Of a stretch of DNA of 64,000 nucleotides, positions 37,901-49,361 are shown one piece after another (position 1 is the first letter of the stretch; each line of letters starts with the position of its first letter). The notes beneath the pieces were generated by a model. The model ran no database searches. It saw only the letters and a program-made list of their open reading frames with translations, and was not told the DNA's origin. Made by a program: the position numbers and the translations under genes. The stretch lies in contig CM082586.2 in NCBI GenBank assembly GCA_040954595.2, positions 3,142,249 through 3,206,248 on the forward strand. Reading direction: 5' to 3'. The DNA comes from Balanoglossus misakiensis (taxonomy: Eukaryota > Animalia > Hemichordata).

Positions 37901-40900
37901 TGCAGAAGAAGTGCTATCATCAGCTGACCTTTCCAGAGCGTGTCGATTTTGTTTGTGACTGTAAATAAATAATAATGTTGACGTAACCACATATTCAGTT
38001 GCAAACCTTGTGAAATGGACTCCCTGAAAACAGAGACATCTTACCCACATCTTGCAAACTGTAATGGGTTTTACCAATGGATCAGGTACTCTTATGGAAA
38101 TGTAATGTAATTTACTGTACATACATACATACAGACAGGCGTACATGTTGGTAGGTGTGAAAAAACAATAATGACAACGGTGATGTATATTCTTTTCATA
38201 GGCTTTGGATGGTTTCTTGTTTGTGGTGAACAGTCAAGGAAGGATTGAGTTTGTAACTGAAAATGTGTCAACTTATTTGAAGTTTGACAAGGTAGGTGCC
38301 GTCCTTGTGAAAGAGCTTGTGAATTATCCAAGGCTGGTTATTTAAGATTGCTGGAGATTATCCGTTTCCTGTTTGATAGGTACACTGCCCTTGGCATTTC
38401 ATCACTTCTATCATTTTCCAGGATATATTTCTTATTTACAACAGAGGAATCTAATTTCAGATACTTAAGAGAAGAAACTTGGTTTTGATAACATTTGCTT
38501 TGACTTCTCTGCAGGAGGAATTGGTTGGTAGCAGTATTTACAATTTAATTCATGTAGGGGATCACGCACAGCTCATAGAAAGTCTTTTACCATTAAGTAA
38601 GTAATCCATTTCTGTCATTACTTTTATCCCAAAACCAAAAATACATATATGAAAAGTTGCCTGTTCTTAAATGGCTGTAAGAAACACAGACGAGACTTTG
38701 TGGTAATCAAGAAATCTGTGTGAATTTAGCACCTGTTGATTCCAAAGCAGGTTAAGTTTTCACCCTTTCATCACCATGGTTTGGTCCAAATCCATTGTTT
38801 TCTGTGGTAAAGTTGGACCTCTGAAGAGGGAAGTGGGGGTGAAAAGGGATAAAAAGACCCCAGAAAGTCAAGAAATGTCAGTTGGCTTTCTCTGTGTTGT
38901 TTCAATTGATGCTACATTTGTTTCTGCTGTTTTTTCTTCCCACCACCAACCAACCACAGCCAATGGTATATCATGGCGGAGTGACAGCACAAGCAAAATT
39001 GCCAAGAGCAGGACGTTTAATTGCCGGATGTACGTTCAGTTGGCGGACGATGACGACGACAAGGAATTACAGGAACATTCACTGGAGCACATGCAGTGCT
39101 CGGCCGTTCTGCAGCCGTACCCTGACAACAAACAGCCCAAGACAGATGGCTCGCCCAGTGGTGAGTGTGGAAGCCTGGCTGTGAAGGCAGTCACTTGGTC
39201 TTAAAATTAGATACATTTGTGTACGGAAAAACCTGTCTAAACTGGACACCAGAGGAACTGAGAATATTGATCGGTTTTCAGAGGTGTCTGGTTTATACAG
39301 GTTCTTTTATCATGTGAATGACGAGGACTGGAAAGAGTGTTCAGTATGGGCAGGTCTCCAGATTAGAGAGAGTTCAGTTCAGACAGGTTTTACTGAATCA
39401 TTTTTATGTCATCTGCCTCAGTATTTTATCAAATTTTAAGACCTTGTGACTGCCTTCACTGGAAAAGCTCTTGCATACAAGTATCACTCATGGTTCAAAT
39501 ATACGTACACAATAATACACTTCATATAATTCTCATCAATTATTCCTGGAAAAGCACATACAAGTATCACTCATGTTTCAAATATACATACACAATAGTA
39601 CACTTTATGCACAATTCTCATTGTGGCTTACAAGACCGGAAATATCTGTTCTCCAAGTTACAGTGATAAAGCATCTTTGCCTGCCACTGTTTTTTCAGGA
39701 CCTGCGTATCTGGTGTGCGTGGCGCGGAGAATGCCCCAGGAGGACAAGTCCGTCATTGAACAGTTTGTCACCAAGCAGGATCTGAATGGTCGGATCATCT
39801 CGGCCGACATGTCGTCTCTCACCATGCCTTTCCATGCCCAGTCGGATCTGGTCGGGCATTTGCTTCAGGAGTACTGCCATTCGACAGATGTCCAGAAGCT
39901 CGTCAAGCATCATCAAGAAGGTGAGTGGGGGGTCCCTTTCGAATTCACCAGTACAGTGGCCACTTCAAGCTTGTAGTGATAGTGCATGAATGGATTCGAA
40001 CTGACAGCTGCTGTTGTTTTTTCCTTCTATCCCAGTTCTCAGTTCTGGCTCAAGCGTGAGCGACATGTATAAATTCCGTGTACCGAACCAGGATTGGGTG
40101 CTGGTGCAGACAAGGAGTAAATTCTTCGACGCCTCTCATTCTGATAAACCTGAATATGTCATGTCAACTCACAGCATCTACAGGTAAGTGCCAAGGCAGA
40201 TGGATGCAGCGTCCGTTAAAGGTCAAAGTTCATTATAGAGTGAAGCTCATCCTTTTGTGTTGTCTCAACTGGTGAGGTGGAGAAAAACTGATGATGGGGT
40301 TAAGGCTCTTATCGGGCCCAGTCCATAGCAGATTTTTCAGGGACTTCTTTACAAATGAACAGAAAATGCAAAGTATGCGTCTGATGAACATGTAATAGCA
40401 ATTGATTAGACAGGTTTCACTGTCAATCATTCAACTCTTGCAGAGAAAGACCGACCAATGCCACAACAGAAGCCAGTACCAGTGCCTCATCGTCTGCATC
40501 GCACTCAGGACCGCCACCAAGGACTCCCATGAGTCAGATCAGCATGCCCCCACAGCCCAAACAGTCGGGGCCGATCCCCTCCCTCAGCACTCTGCTGAGA
40601 ACCAGCGCGGCGTCCGTGGGTTCAGGAAGCGAGGCTCCCGCTATATCGCCCATAGAAATGCTGCAGAACTCCTCCCTCTCCTCTCTCCTCAAATCCACCA
40701 ACCTCGGCACCTACACCAGTCTTCTCCAGAGTAAACTCCCGACGGCGTTCTCGGCCCCCAGCAGTGTCGACGTCGACGCCAAAACAAACCCTCCAAGGAA
40801 GCAGCAGACCACGGAGAAACAGTTCTCCGACGTCGTCTCCCCGGGCGCCGCCGCCTTGAAATCGCCGTTTCAGAGCAAAGTCTCGAGCTCGGACATTCCG

Positions 40901-43900
40901 GTATCCATGTCCAAGTTTCCATTCCTGGGGAATGTGGATTATTCCCAAGTGTCGGACTCGTCTCAGGCCGCAACCAAGGATGACCCGGGGGTCAGCAGTA
41001 AAGCCGGCACCAAAAGGAAAGCAGAAGAGGACTTGGATGAAAGTTCTTCCAAGAAGAACACGCTTCTGCAAAAACTTTTAATGGAGGATGGTAAGCACTG
41101 ATTTGGTCGCTTTTTGCGAACTGCATGTGAAAGAGAGTCTGAACAAGATTTTGGCAGTACATAAACGGTCCAAACATACTGCAATTTTGAAAATAATAAA
41201 GTCAACCCTAACATAGAGCACTTTTTAGTAAATCTGTCTGAAGGTGTTTGTACTTTTTGTGTCTTAGGTGAACTTTGCTTAACAAGAAAACAGAGGCCAT
41301 TTTGAATTTCAAGTGTAGTAGATTTTAGATTCATTGTGATCTTTATAAAGAGACCTGTAATAGAAGTGAACTTGTAGAAAATGTAGCTGATGCTTTGAAT
41401 GAGAATGGTGAAGAAATTGTTGGAAATTTACAGGTGGAGCTTTGGAATATCAATTTTGTGTTTTGCATTGCAGATGATCTAGAAAGCTGCAGCTCACAGA
41501 GTCAGGACGAATCAAGAGATGACCCAATGGACAGTGGAAGAAGAGAGACTACTGCACTCATGAAAGAGGCGCTGCAGAAGTTGCTTGCACAAGGGAAGGA
41601 GTCTGCGGAGAAGAGGGCGGACAGCGACGGAGACAACAACAACAACAGCAGCGGCGATGATAAGGATAGAGACAGCGCGGATGAGGAGAGCAAGAAAGAG
41701 AAAATTTTGGACAAATTGTTGGATGGTGATAGAAGCGTGCGGTTCGGCAGTGGCTTGAACCCTCTGGAGCAGTTGAGACTGATGCAGGATAACCCGCAGT
41801 CTGTCGGCGATTTGCCATCGGCCCCGTCTGATGGGACGAAGAAGATGATCGATCACACGAGGTTGCTTCTGCCGTCGACATCGTCGATGTCCCGCAAGCC
41901 TTCGAAGAACGTTCTGCTGCAGAAGCTGTTGATGGAGGATGACCCGGTGGTTCCGCACAGCTCCGCTCTGACCCGGTTGAGCATGCGGCGACAGGACAGC
42001 TTCATGGCCATGCGCGACAGCGACAGCAGCGTCAGCAGTAGCAGTCACATCAGCAGCAGCCCGGCCACCAGCAGTCTAAACACGCCGACCACGCAGCAGG
42101 TGCACTCGCTGTTTGCCCAGCAACAGCCGCAGCAGCGCCCGCAACAGCAACAACAACAAACTCAGCAGCAACAACAACATCAACAGCTGCAGCAGCAGAT
42201 GCAGCAGCCCGTTCAGCTGCCCCAACAACAAGAACAGCAGCCGCAGCTGCAGCAAAATCCATCTGCCACCGCAGCCGCTACATCCTTGGATAACTTCAAC
42301 TTGGACGGTCTGACCGAAGAAGAAACCAACGCTTTGATTCAGCAACTTTTCCAGATGGCCAACTCTCTGCCCGACGACGCTCTTACAGGTAGTGAAGGCA
42401 GCCAGGCTCTGGTCCAAGGCCTTCTGCAAGGCATAGACAGTAACCAGATCGCGCAGATGGACATCACACCCAGCATGACGAGTGATCCTGCAGGCGCAAA
42501 CAAAACTAATAATCTGGAGAACCCGTTGTTGCAGCAGCTTCTCCTGCAAGGAAACCAGGTGGATCCAGCCAAGGCGCTGCAGAGCATCACCAACGTTCCC
42601 CCGGACAGCACCGTGCAGAGCCCACCCTTCAAGCCGACCAGCACCACGTCCACGGACAGGTTCACAGCCACCATGAGACAGACTGCGGCCGGCGGTCATC
42701 AAATGACCCCCCTCAGACGGCTCAACAACACCTCCTTTGGAACGGTGCAGCAGACGCAGTCCCAGGTTCTGGGCAGCGCCACCCTGGGGCGACCGCCGGG
42801 AGGGATGCAGCAGCCGCAGCAGCGGAGGGGTAACATACCCTCCATCCAGTCGCTCACCGGCCAGGGGTCAATGGGGATTGGTGGGATGTCTAACATGATG
42901 CAGTATGGTCTCTCTCCACTGCAGCAACACCAACAGTCAGCTTTACAGTTGCAGCAGCAGCAGCAACAACAGCAGCAAGCACCACCTCAGAAACCACAAC
43001 AACCACCTCAACCACAGCAACATAGTTTATTTTCCACAAGTACTTGTGGTCCAACTCAAAACCAAACACAGGTGAGATATAAGGGTTCATTCAATGTATA
43101 TTGCCGTTACATTAACTTTGGATAACTATTTCTATTTCAAATTGGTTATACAGGCACTTTCAGTATAGGATTCTTCACAAAAAAGCATATAGTGAATGAT
43201 ATTTATATTGTTTTGGAAGAAAATTTAAATGCATAGTACACACAAGCACATGTTATTCAGTATTAAACAGTAGTACTGTCGGGCAGTCCTGTTGGGTCAT
43301 CCATTCTAACCTTTATTGCATAATTGATTTCATTTCAGAACCTCAACAACTTGCCAAGTCTGAGTGTCAATACTCAGCAACAATCAGCCTTAGAGCAGCC
43401 GTCTGCACTTACTGACGACTCCCATACACTGACAGACGACGCCATCTTGCAGCAGCTGGAACAAGTCTTGAACAGCAGTAATCTGTCGCTAAACGAAATT
43501 GACAACGCGCTGGGCATTGAGCAGCTGCTAAGCACTCCCCACTCAGACGAACAGTTGGCCAGCGATTTGCTGAACTCGGCCCTGTCGAGCGACCAGGTCT
43601 CCAACACGGCGACGACCGTGTCCAGCAGTTTGTCGAACAGCGTCTCGCAGATGGGAACCATGCCGTCATCCATGGCAAGCAGCAGCAGTAGTGCAGGCAT
43701 GATCAACTCCATGGCCAATACCTTGACAAACACAATGGTCAGCAGCACGCCAGCGAACACCCTTGCGAACACTGCGTCCTTATCCTCGCAAAGTTCACTG
43801 AACAGCAACCTGACAACGAGCAGCAGCGCCTCCGACACTCTGAGCGGCTACCAAGTGGGGAACACTGCATCCACCACACCGATGGGAAATATTATGAACA

Positions 43901-46900
43901 CAAGTTCGAATCTGCTGTCAAGCAGCTTCATGCAGACTGGGGTATCTCAAACACCCCAACAACAACAACAACAACAACAACAACAAAGTTTGTTCAACAT
44001 GCAGCAAAACATGTCCAACGTTCTCAACCAGCACTTCCCTGGCACCCAAGGGACGGGAGGATTCGGAGTCAACCCCAACACCAGGTTCCCCATGGGAATG
44101 CAGGTGTCGCAGCAGCAGCAGCAGATGCAGGCCCGCCTGCAGCAACAGCAGCAGCTGCATAAACAGCAGCTGATGCGGCAGCAACGAACTCACCTGCGAC
44201 AGACCCTGTTGATGCGCCAGCAGGTCCAGGCACAGCAGCGACAGCAGCAGCAGCAGCAACAACAACAACAACACCAGCAGCAGCAACAACAACAACAACA
44301 ACAGCAACAACAACAGCAGCAGTTTCAACAGCAGCATCAAATGCATGAACTGCAGCAACAGAAACAGCTGCAGCAGATCCTGCAGCAACAATTGCTACAG
44401 CAGCAACAACAACAGCAGCAACAGTCGCCGTTGATGCAGAAAGATCTGATGATGCTCCAACAACAGCAGCAACAGCAGAGCTTTACAGGATCCCAAGTTA
44501 AATCACAGGTATGAAGAAAGACGTTCTAATTATCAGCAAACATTAAACAACATGAAGAAGGGTGACATGAATATCTTCTGTGTGCTTTATGAACTAATTT
44601 TGATCTCAATGATTTTATTCTAGGTGAGCAACCAGCTGATGAATTTACTGGAACAGTCCTACCCAACAGACAGCCTTGCAGACATGCTGGCCCAGACATC
44701 AAGCATCGCGGCACCAAATGTTGCAATCCAGGTATGTAAACTGAAGAAAATAATTACTGGTGTCGATAGAAAAGTGAAGGTCCCTGGTTTAAAAATCACC
44801 TCCAACTTTTGCCTTGTCTCAATATTTTACCATATTCAATCTCTGATTTCTTCTTACAGAAATCACCAGCCTCCTTCAGTACACAGTTGTCACCTCGAGG
44901 TGGACGACCATTGACCCCGGGTTCGATGATGGGGCCACGAGGATCGCAGGCCAGTCCCAGGACGATGACAGGCGGGCCCAGAAGCACGTCAGGAATGGAT
45001 TTCGGACTGCCTCAGAGTTTCTCCCAGCAGCAGCAGACACAACAGACTCCACCAGCGGCCGCGGCTCAGTTTCCGCAAAACCAGAATATTTTCCAGTTTC
45101 CGGACCTCGGCAACAGCATGCCCCCGAACAGCACCGTCACCAGCACCATGCGCATCGGCGGCGGCTTCCTCCCGCAGGGTAGCAGCGGCAGCAACGCCAA
45201 CAGCGGCACCAGCAACCAGATGATGTCGCCGAACAGCATGGGCCCCTTCACGCCGTCCCCGTCGAGCTCCATGATGTCGCCGACGATGACGAAGACACCG
45301 CGACCGACCGGTTGGGGGCGCCAGCTCAGCGAGCCGAGTTTGCCGCAGAACCCAAGCCAGAACTCCCTCCTCATGGCGCAGTTGAATTCCAAGAGCAGTC
45401 TGGGGAGAGAGGGCAGTCCGGATCTGTTCAGCAGCAGCAGTCAGCTGCTTCGGTCTCAGAGTGGAGACGTGCAACAGCTACTGGGACAAAAAAGGCCAAG
45501 TAGCAGGGACACTATAGTCCATACACCCCAGGTGAGTCATGCATTATCTTAATGAAGTCCAGACACAATTTGTACAGTCAAACATGTCTATAGTGGCCAT
45601 TCAAGGGACCTTTCTAAATTGGCCTTCATAGACAGGTGGCCTTTTATAAACATGTCAATTAATGTACAGTCAAACTATTGTTAGAGGCCACCTACATATA
45701 GTGGCCAATATGTTACAGGCCCTGTGCAAATAACATTAACAGATACAAATACATGTATTTGAATACAAAAGTGAATCTATTTTTTCTGTTCCTTGCAGAC
45801 TGTGGGGACAAATCAGACATCCTCAATTAGTTCCTCACCGCACAGCACCACCACCACAAGTCCACCAGTGACTTCCTCAACCTCTATGCTCAGCAGCTCC
45901 ATCGCGGCAACTACCTCACCCAAGAAAGAAACCGACAAAAGCATGAAGACGCCACCGTGCAGCAAATCGGGCAGCGACGCCGACAGTTTCGGCGTATCGG
46001 TTGATGTTGTAGACCAAGGTAATGTATTTACGAGCCAGGCTTCTACTGTGTACCACCAGGCGTACTTAGACAGTGAGACTGGTGACTTATCACTGGACTT
46101 TGAACTTGATGATCTTGACACAGGTAGGTGGTGTCTGAGTCAGCAACGCCCCTCACATCACCCCCCCCCCCCCACCCACCACATTTATTATGTATGTGTG
46201 TATGCGTGTCCGCGCACCTGTACAGTCACTTCCATAGTGTGTGCAATAAGGGTGAATTAAGGAAGTTTGTAAACGATAAAACTCGCTGCTATAGGATAAA
46301 ACTGAGCTTTGCTAAAAAATTGGAATGGAATTGTTTATTTGTGGAGGAAAGATGATCAGTTGATTTGGTGATGAATGTGTGCATACATTGGCTTTTATAA
46401 GGCAAGTGTTGCGAGGTATGATGTTGTTTCCAATGAACTGGCTGAGTTGTTGGCTGGTTTGCTGTACTCTCTGTATAATTAACCAGATGAGTGGGTATAT
46501 TGAAATTAGGGGTGACCACATACCTTTTAGGATGCTAGTTAAAATATGACCAAAGGTAGGTTTATCTGGTACTCAGTCAGTAGTCGTCCAATGTAATAGA
46601 AATTTTGCAGGTTTGTGCCTTTTGCAGTCCATGACAGTGCAAATTCTCACTTTGTGTTTTATTTTGTCCTTTTAATGTTTGGCAGGCGAGAAGTTACAAA
46701 AAGGCAGTGATTCCAGCGGCGAGGAGAGGCGTGCAGTCAACTCTGAAGGGAAAGGTTTGGCCAAAGAATTGACAGAGGTGGTGGAAAACCAGACCCGTCA
46801 GGAGGCCCACAAACGCTACCAGGATTTCTGTAACATCGCAGACGCGCCGACCGTTCGCGAACCCTCCCTCAAGGCCACCAATCTGTTCCGCAATCAACTC

Positions 46901-47472
46901 TTGACTCAGAAAGAGAAGCAGGCCAGTGGCAATGGAGGCGTTGGAGACATCCCCAACAATCCACCCTGTGTGCTGATGAGCAACTCTGAACAGGAAGACG
47001 TGAGTGTCAATTATTTCATTGAACTTCCAGACAACTGTTCTTTCTTTGTGTATTCACCTGCAGTTTCTGTGTTAAGCATGATGGAGTGCCTGCTATTTGG
47101 CTTATAAATACAAGTCCAAACTTAGTTCTCTGGTAGGCCTACATTTTATGTATCCCTAAACCCCTGATAAGGAGAAGGGGACCTTAAATTTTAGCTCCGT
47201 TGCCAGTGGCACAGAAGTGGTCAGATCCTGTCCAGATAGTAGATTACGAAAGCACCACTTGACCCAGACACTTGAAATTTTCATCAGAGGTCAGTTGGAA
47301 GCCAAGGAAGATCTGCGTAATTTCAGGACAATATTTCATCGTACTTTTAGCCTTTTGTGTCAACATATTTGTCTTTTTTTCTGTACAACAGGCACCTCCA
47401 CCCGATACGAAACCCAAACCACAGAGAAAAAGTCGTGGACCAAGTCTGCTACAGAGACTTCTCCTGGAATGA
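14838..47472 (+). CDS. NCOA: p160 steroid receptor coactivator (NCOA1/2/3-like, Taiman orthologue): bHLH-PAS-A-PAS-B, LxxLL NR boxes, CBP-interaction domain, Q-rich region; about 1977 aa, 16 exons
   Basis: Exons 14838-14845 (ATG GTT AG|gtaagc; tentative, supplies the required phase 2), 35648-35820, 36887-36981, 38202-38291, 38515-38596, 38960-39160, 39699-39920, 40036-40183, 40444-41090, 41474-43071, 43339-44508, 44624-44731, 44860-45531, 45799-46123, 46686-46999, 47392-47472; all GT-AG in phase. Motifs: [36 protein letters not shown] (bHLH), [17 protein letters not shown] (PAS-A), [15 protein letters not shown] (PAS-B), several [37 protein letters not shown] (CID/AD1), terminal SLLQRLLLE*. 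First exon confidence is only about 0.5. Confidence 0.9.
18905..18956 (-). mobile_element. MITE fragment (same family as 30518-30725)
   Basis: Reverse complement reads TACTGTAAAACGGGAAATTTTCGCGATATCAACAGAGGCAA, matching ACAGGAAATTTTTCGCGATATCAAAAGAGGCAA at 30541. Confidence 0.55.
20311..20472. repeat. Diverged tandem duplication, about 87 bp period, 2 copies
   Basis: AAAGTAAACAAAC.AATAACG..CAGATTATT..A.ATTAAATATGC.GGTAATACTGCAGAAAT occurs twice. Confidence 0.7.
20969..21006. repeat. (AC)19 microsatellite
   Basis: Direct read. Confidence 0.9.
24993..25337. mobile_element. Kolobok-like non-autonomous DNA transposon (337 bp, TTAA TSD)
   Basis: TTAA|GGTAGTGTGCGCCTCG ... CGAGGAGCGTGTACTGCC|TTAA: imperfect TIRs with GG/CC termini between TTAA sites; no ORF. 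Confidence 0.6.
27271..27455 (-). mobile_element. Tc1/mariner (pogo/Tigger-like) MITE, degenerate copy
   Basis: TA-flanked; GTGTCCAGTTTAGACAGGTT is the reverse complement of AACCTGTCTAAACTGGACAC at about 39230. Confidence 0.5.
28041..28435. mobile_element. Tc1/mariner-type MITE with perfect 27-bp TIRs, TA TSD and an internal 108-bp tandem duplication
   Basis: TA|CAGTGCAGCTTAGGAATAGCTTTCCAA ... TTGGAAAGCTATTCCTAAGCTGCACTG|TA; internal repeat units start at 28111 and 28219. Confidence 0.85.
29824..29972. repeat. (GAAT)n microsatellite, with a short (TAAA)n just upstream
   Basis: Direct read; explains the HSFI-repeat ORFs. Confidence 0.92.
30518..30725. mobile_element. MITE with TACTGT...ACAGTA ends
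   Basis: Inverted ends TACTGT / CCTGTTTTACAGTA, internal AATTTTCGCG repeats, related fragment at 18905-18956. Confidence 0.55.
32464..32629 (+). mobile_element. Tc1/mariner (pogo/Tigger-like) MITE
   Basis: TA|CAGTAGAACCTGTCT ... AGATAGGTTCTATAG inverted ends; colinear with the copy at 39224-39395 (CGGTTTTCA.AGGT.TCTGGTTTA, GACTGG...TGTTCAGTAT, CAGATTAGA). Confidence 0.65.
34925..34963. repeat. (ATG)13 microsatellite
   Basis: Direct read; intronic. Confidence 0.9.
35648..35820 (+). CDS. NCOA: NCOA bHLH exon (first firmly supported coding exon)
   Basis: tttccag|T AAA TCC CTG AAC GAG ... CAA CAA G|gtagg; encodes the p160 bHLH signature. Confidence 0.95.
35857..36095. repeat. Local direct duplication (about 100 bp, 145 bp period) in NCOA intron after the bHLH exon
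   Basis: GTCCAGTCCTGTTGC.TTTATTAGT...ACTAGTAAAT...GGGTTATGCAAGGCCAAG..ATAGACAAGACTG at 35857 and 36002. Confidence 0.7.
37010..37365. mobile_element. Fold-back (fully palindromic) Kolobok-like element, 348 bp, TTAA TSD
   Basis: TTAA|AGGGACAAAGTCTCTCTCTCGC ... GCGAGAGAGAGACTTTGTCCCT|TTAA; arm complementarity continues about 170 bp inward (AATCAACGTTCAAC.ACACACAACTTCCATC on both arms) with a spacer of only about 15 bp. Confidence 0.88.
38752..38852 (-). mobile_element. Second copy of the piggyBac-like MITE seen at 1137-1253
   Basis: ACCATGGTTTGGTCCAAATCCATTGTTTTCTGTGGTAAAGTTGGACCTCT closely matches the reverse complement of about 1153-1203; ends TTTCACCC / GGGGTGAAAAGGG. Confidence 0.65.
39224..39395 (+). 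mobile_element. Tc1/mariner (pogo/Tigger-like) MITE
   Basis: AAAACCTGTCTAAACTG ... CAGTTCAGACAGGTTTTACTG inverted ends; colinear with 32464-32629. Confidence 0.65.
39459..39606. repeat. Diverged tandem duplication, about 87 bp period, 2 copies
   Basis: CTGGAAAAGC..CATACAAGTATCACTCATG.TTCAAATATAC.TACACAATA.TACACTT at 39459 and 39546. Confidence 0.7.
44110..44478 (+). repeat. Coding CAG/CAA polyglutamine-rich tract in NCOA exon 11
   Basis: Interrupted CAG/CAA runs encoding e.g. [28 protein letters not shown]; further Q runs at about 42118-42254, 42952-42978 and 43958-43986. Confidence 0.9.
45573..45722. mobile_element. Degenerate TACAGTCAAAC-type MITE remnants
   Basis: TACAGTCAAAC twice (45573, 45665) with repeated TAGTGGCCA and ATAGACAGGTGGCC, resembling the pogo-like ends elsewhere in the window. 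Confidence 0.35.
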
Positions 47473-49032
47473 AGATGTGTATGTACAGTAGACGATCAAG
47501 ATGAGTTGACCTCGAGTCAGCGCTGTAGATGATGGTCTAGATGTGATATAATAGAAACTGAATCAGGGCTATACGGGTAAACATTGATTGGTCTTTTTAT
47601 TAACTTCTGTTGTGAGTTGTTACTTAATACACAGTAAGTACTCTCAGAGTTTCTATTACACATCAAAATATTATGAGTATTGTCTATAAAAGTATTGACA
47701 CAACTGAAGATTATCCTTTCAATTTTTTCATTTGTTTGTAAAGAACTGTTTATAGTCGAGAATATTGTATTAATGAATATATTAATTAGTAAGTTTGGTA
47801 CCACATTTTTTGTCAAGATAGGAACTTATTTTTCCTCTGAAGGGACACACAGTGTACAATGAAACAGGATTTATTCAAATGAATTAGTCAAAATGGATTG
47901 AGCTGCATGGATGCATTAGAATGATCGTCAGTTTTTTTATGATCAGCTCATGAGAACACTATCCAAGCATTGCCAGTCCAGAAAAGTTGTGTGATTATTT
48001 TATTGATTGAACCCTGCAGTTGACACTACACATAATTGTGGACCAATGGTGGAAAAAATGTGTTACATAAATTAGAAGAGAGAGCACTTTCTATTTTTGT
48101 TTTCATGTGAAGATACAGTTATAGACTAGACTGTTTCAATGAATTATCTTGATTGTATGAATTGTCGTCAATCAATGTCATTCACTCAGCTCAATCCACT
48201 TTGATCGTAAGATTTTTTAGCTACTTTAAGTGGCACTCTGTAATTTTTCAAGTCTGTTCCATTCTTGTTTTGTACAGATTTCTCCTATCAGTGAAAATTT
48301 AGAGAGTCTAGTTGAAATGTGGAAAAAAAATTGTTTATATTTTGAGTAAAAAGCATGTTTTAATGAGAACCACCAAGCTGGGGTCAGTTCAAGTATTTTG
48401 GGCGCTTGTTAAACAGGCCCTACATAAAGAAAACGGGACATTTGGTTCACACAGTGTTACAGGATTTTAACAGTCTTGAGATATTGGAATTTTGAGAACA
48501 GTTTCCTTTTATGCCCTGATTAAAAAAAAATATTTGTTTGTTTTTTTCTTCTGGAAGAGGGGGAATTTCAATTATTACCTATATCTCAAAAATACTTTGA
48601 AGTTATTCATTTAATATTAGCTGTAGATGTAAACGATAGAGTCAAAATTACAGTATTGTTTTTCGAGACTTTCTCGTTACTGATATATATTTGTCTCTCT
48701 GAGTCCCAGTCTCCTGCTGAGTGAAGATGTCTCCATCCCAATATTTGTTTTGTACTCAGCTTTGTTTATCCACTTTCCATGCATAGTGTAACAAGGGATA
48801 AAATGATTCTAGGCAGGATGTGAATTTTATTCCTTCCTGTCAAACCATATCCTTCAAACTTTGAAGCAGAATTTCAAAGGTGATAAGTCTGAACAGGAAA
48901 CAGTAATCCATTCATGTGTATATAATGTCTTGTGATTTTTAGTTGCTTTACGAAACTTATAATACAGTGAAGATGCTAATTTGATTATATACAAAGTAAC
49001 TGCCAGGGGAAATCATTTCATTGTTTCATTGT

Positions 49033-49038
49033 AATAAA
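49033..49038 (+). promoter_or_regulatory. Candidate NCOA polyadenylation signal (about 1.6 kb 3' UTR)
   Basis: AATAAA at the end of an AT-rich UTR-like stretch after the stop at 47472. Confidence 0.45.
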
Positions 49039-49361
49039 ATGTAATTGTGTACCTCAAAATACAATGGTGTGGTCTCTCTCTCTCTCTCCCTCCCCTGCAA
49101 AAGATGCACAATTTTGAGATCAAAATATGAATTAAAGCGTAAGACTGATCCAATTTGATTAGTGTCATATATCTGGTAAGCATGGCCAACAGAAATTATG
49201 AACATTAAATGCTGTACCGGGTTTGCAAATACCAATTTTGCATGCCTTGCATACCTATCACCAAGACAGGAAACACAATTAGAAGTACATGTACATATAT
49301 GAAGATTCTGAGTGAAGGGTCTGTTGGTGGGGGCGCCGTGTATGATTCTTTGTCAGGGTCA

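Noticed and set aside
20311-39606. Two intronic duplications with about 87-bp period as relatives of the satellite
   Set aside because: No sequence similarity to the satellite monomer or to each other; the shared period is likely coincidence.
40622-45474. Long minus-strand Leu/Ala-rich ORFs
   Set aside because: Antisense of CAG/CAA-rich NCOA exons.
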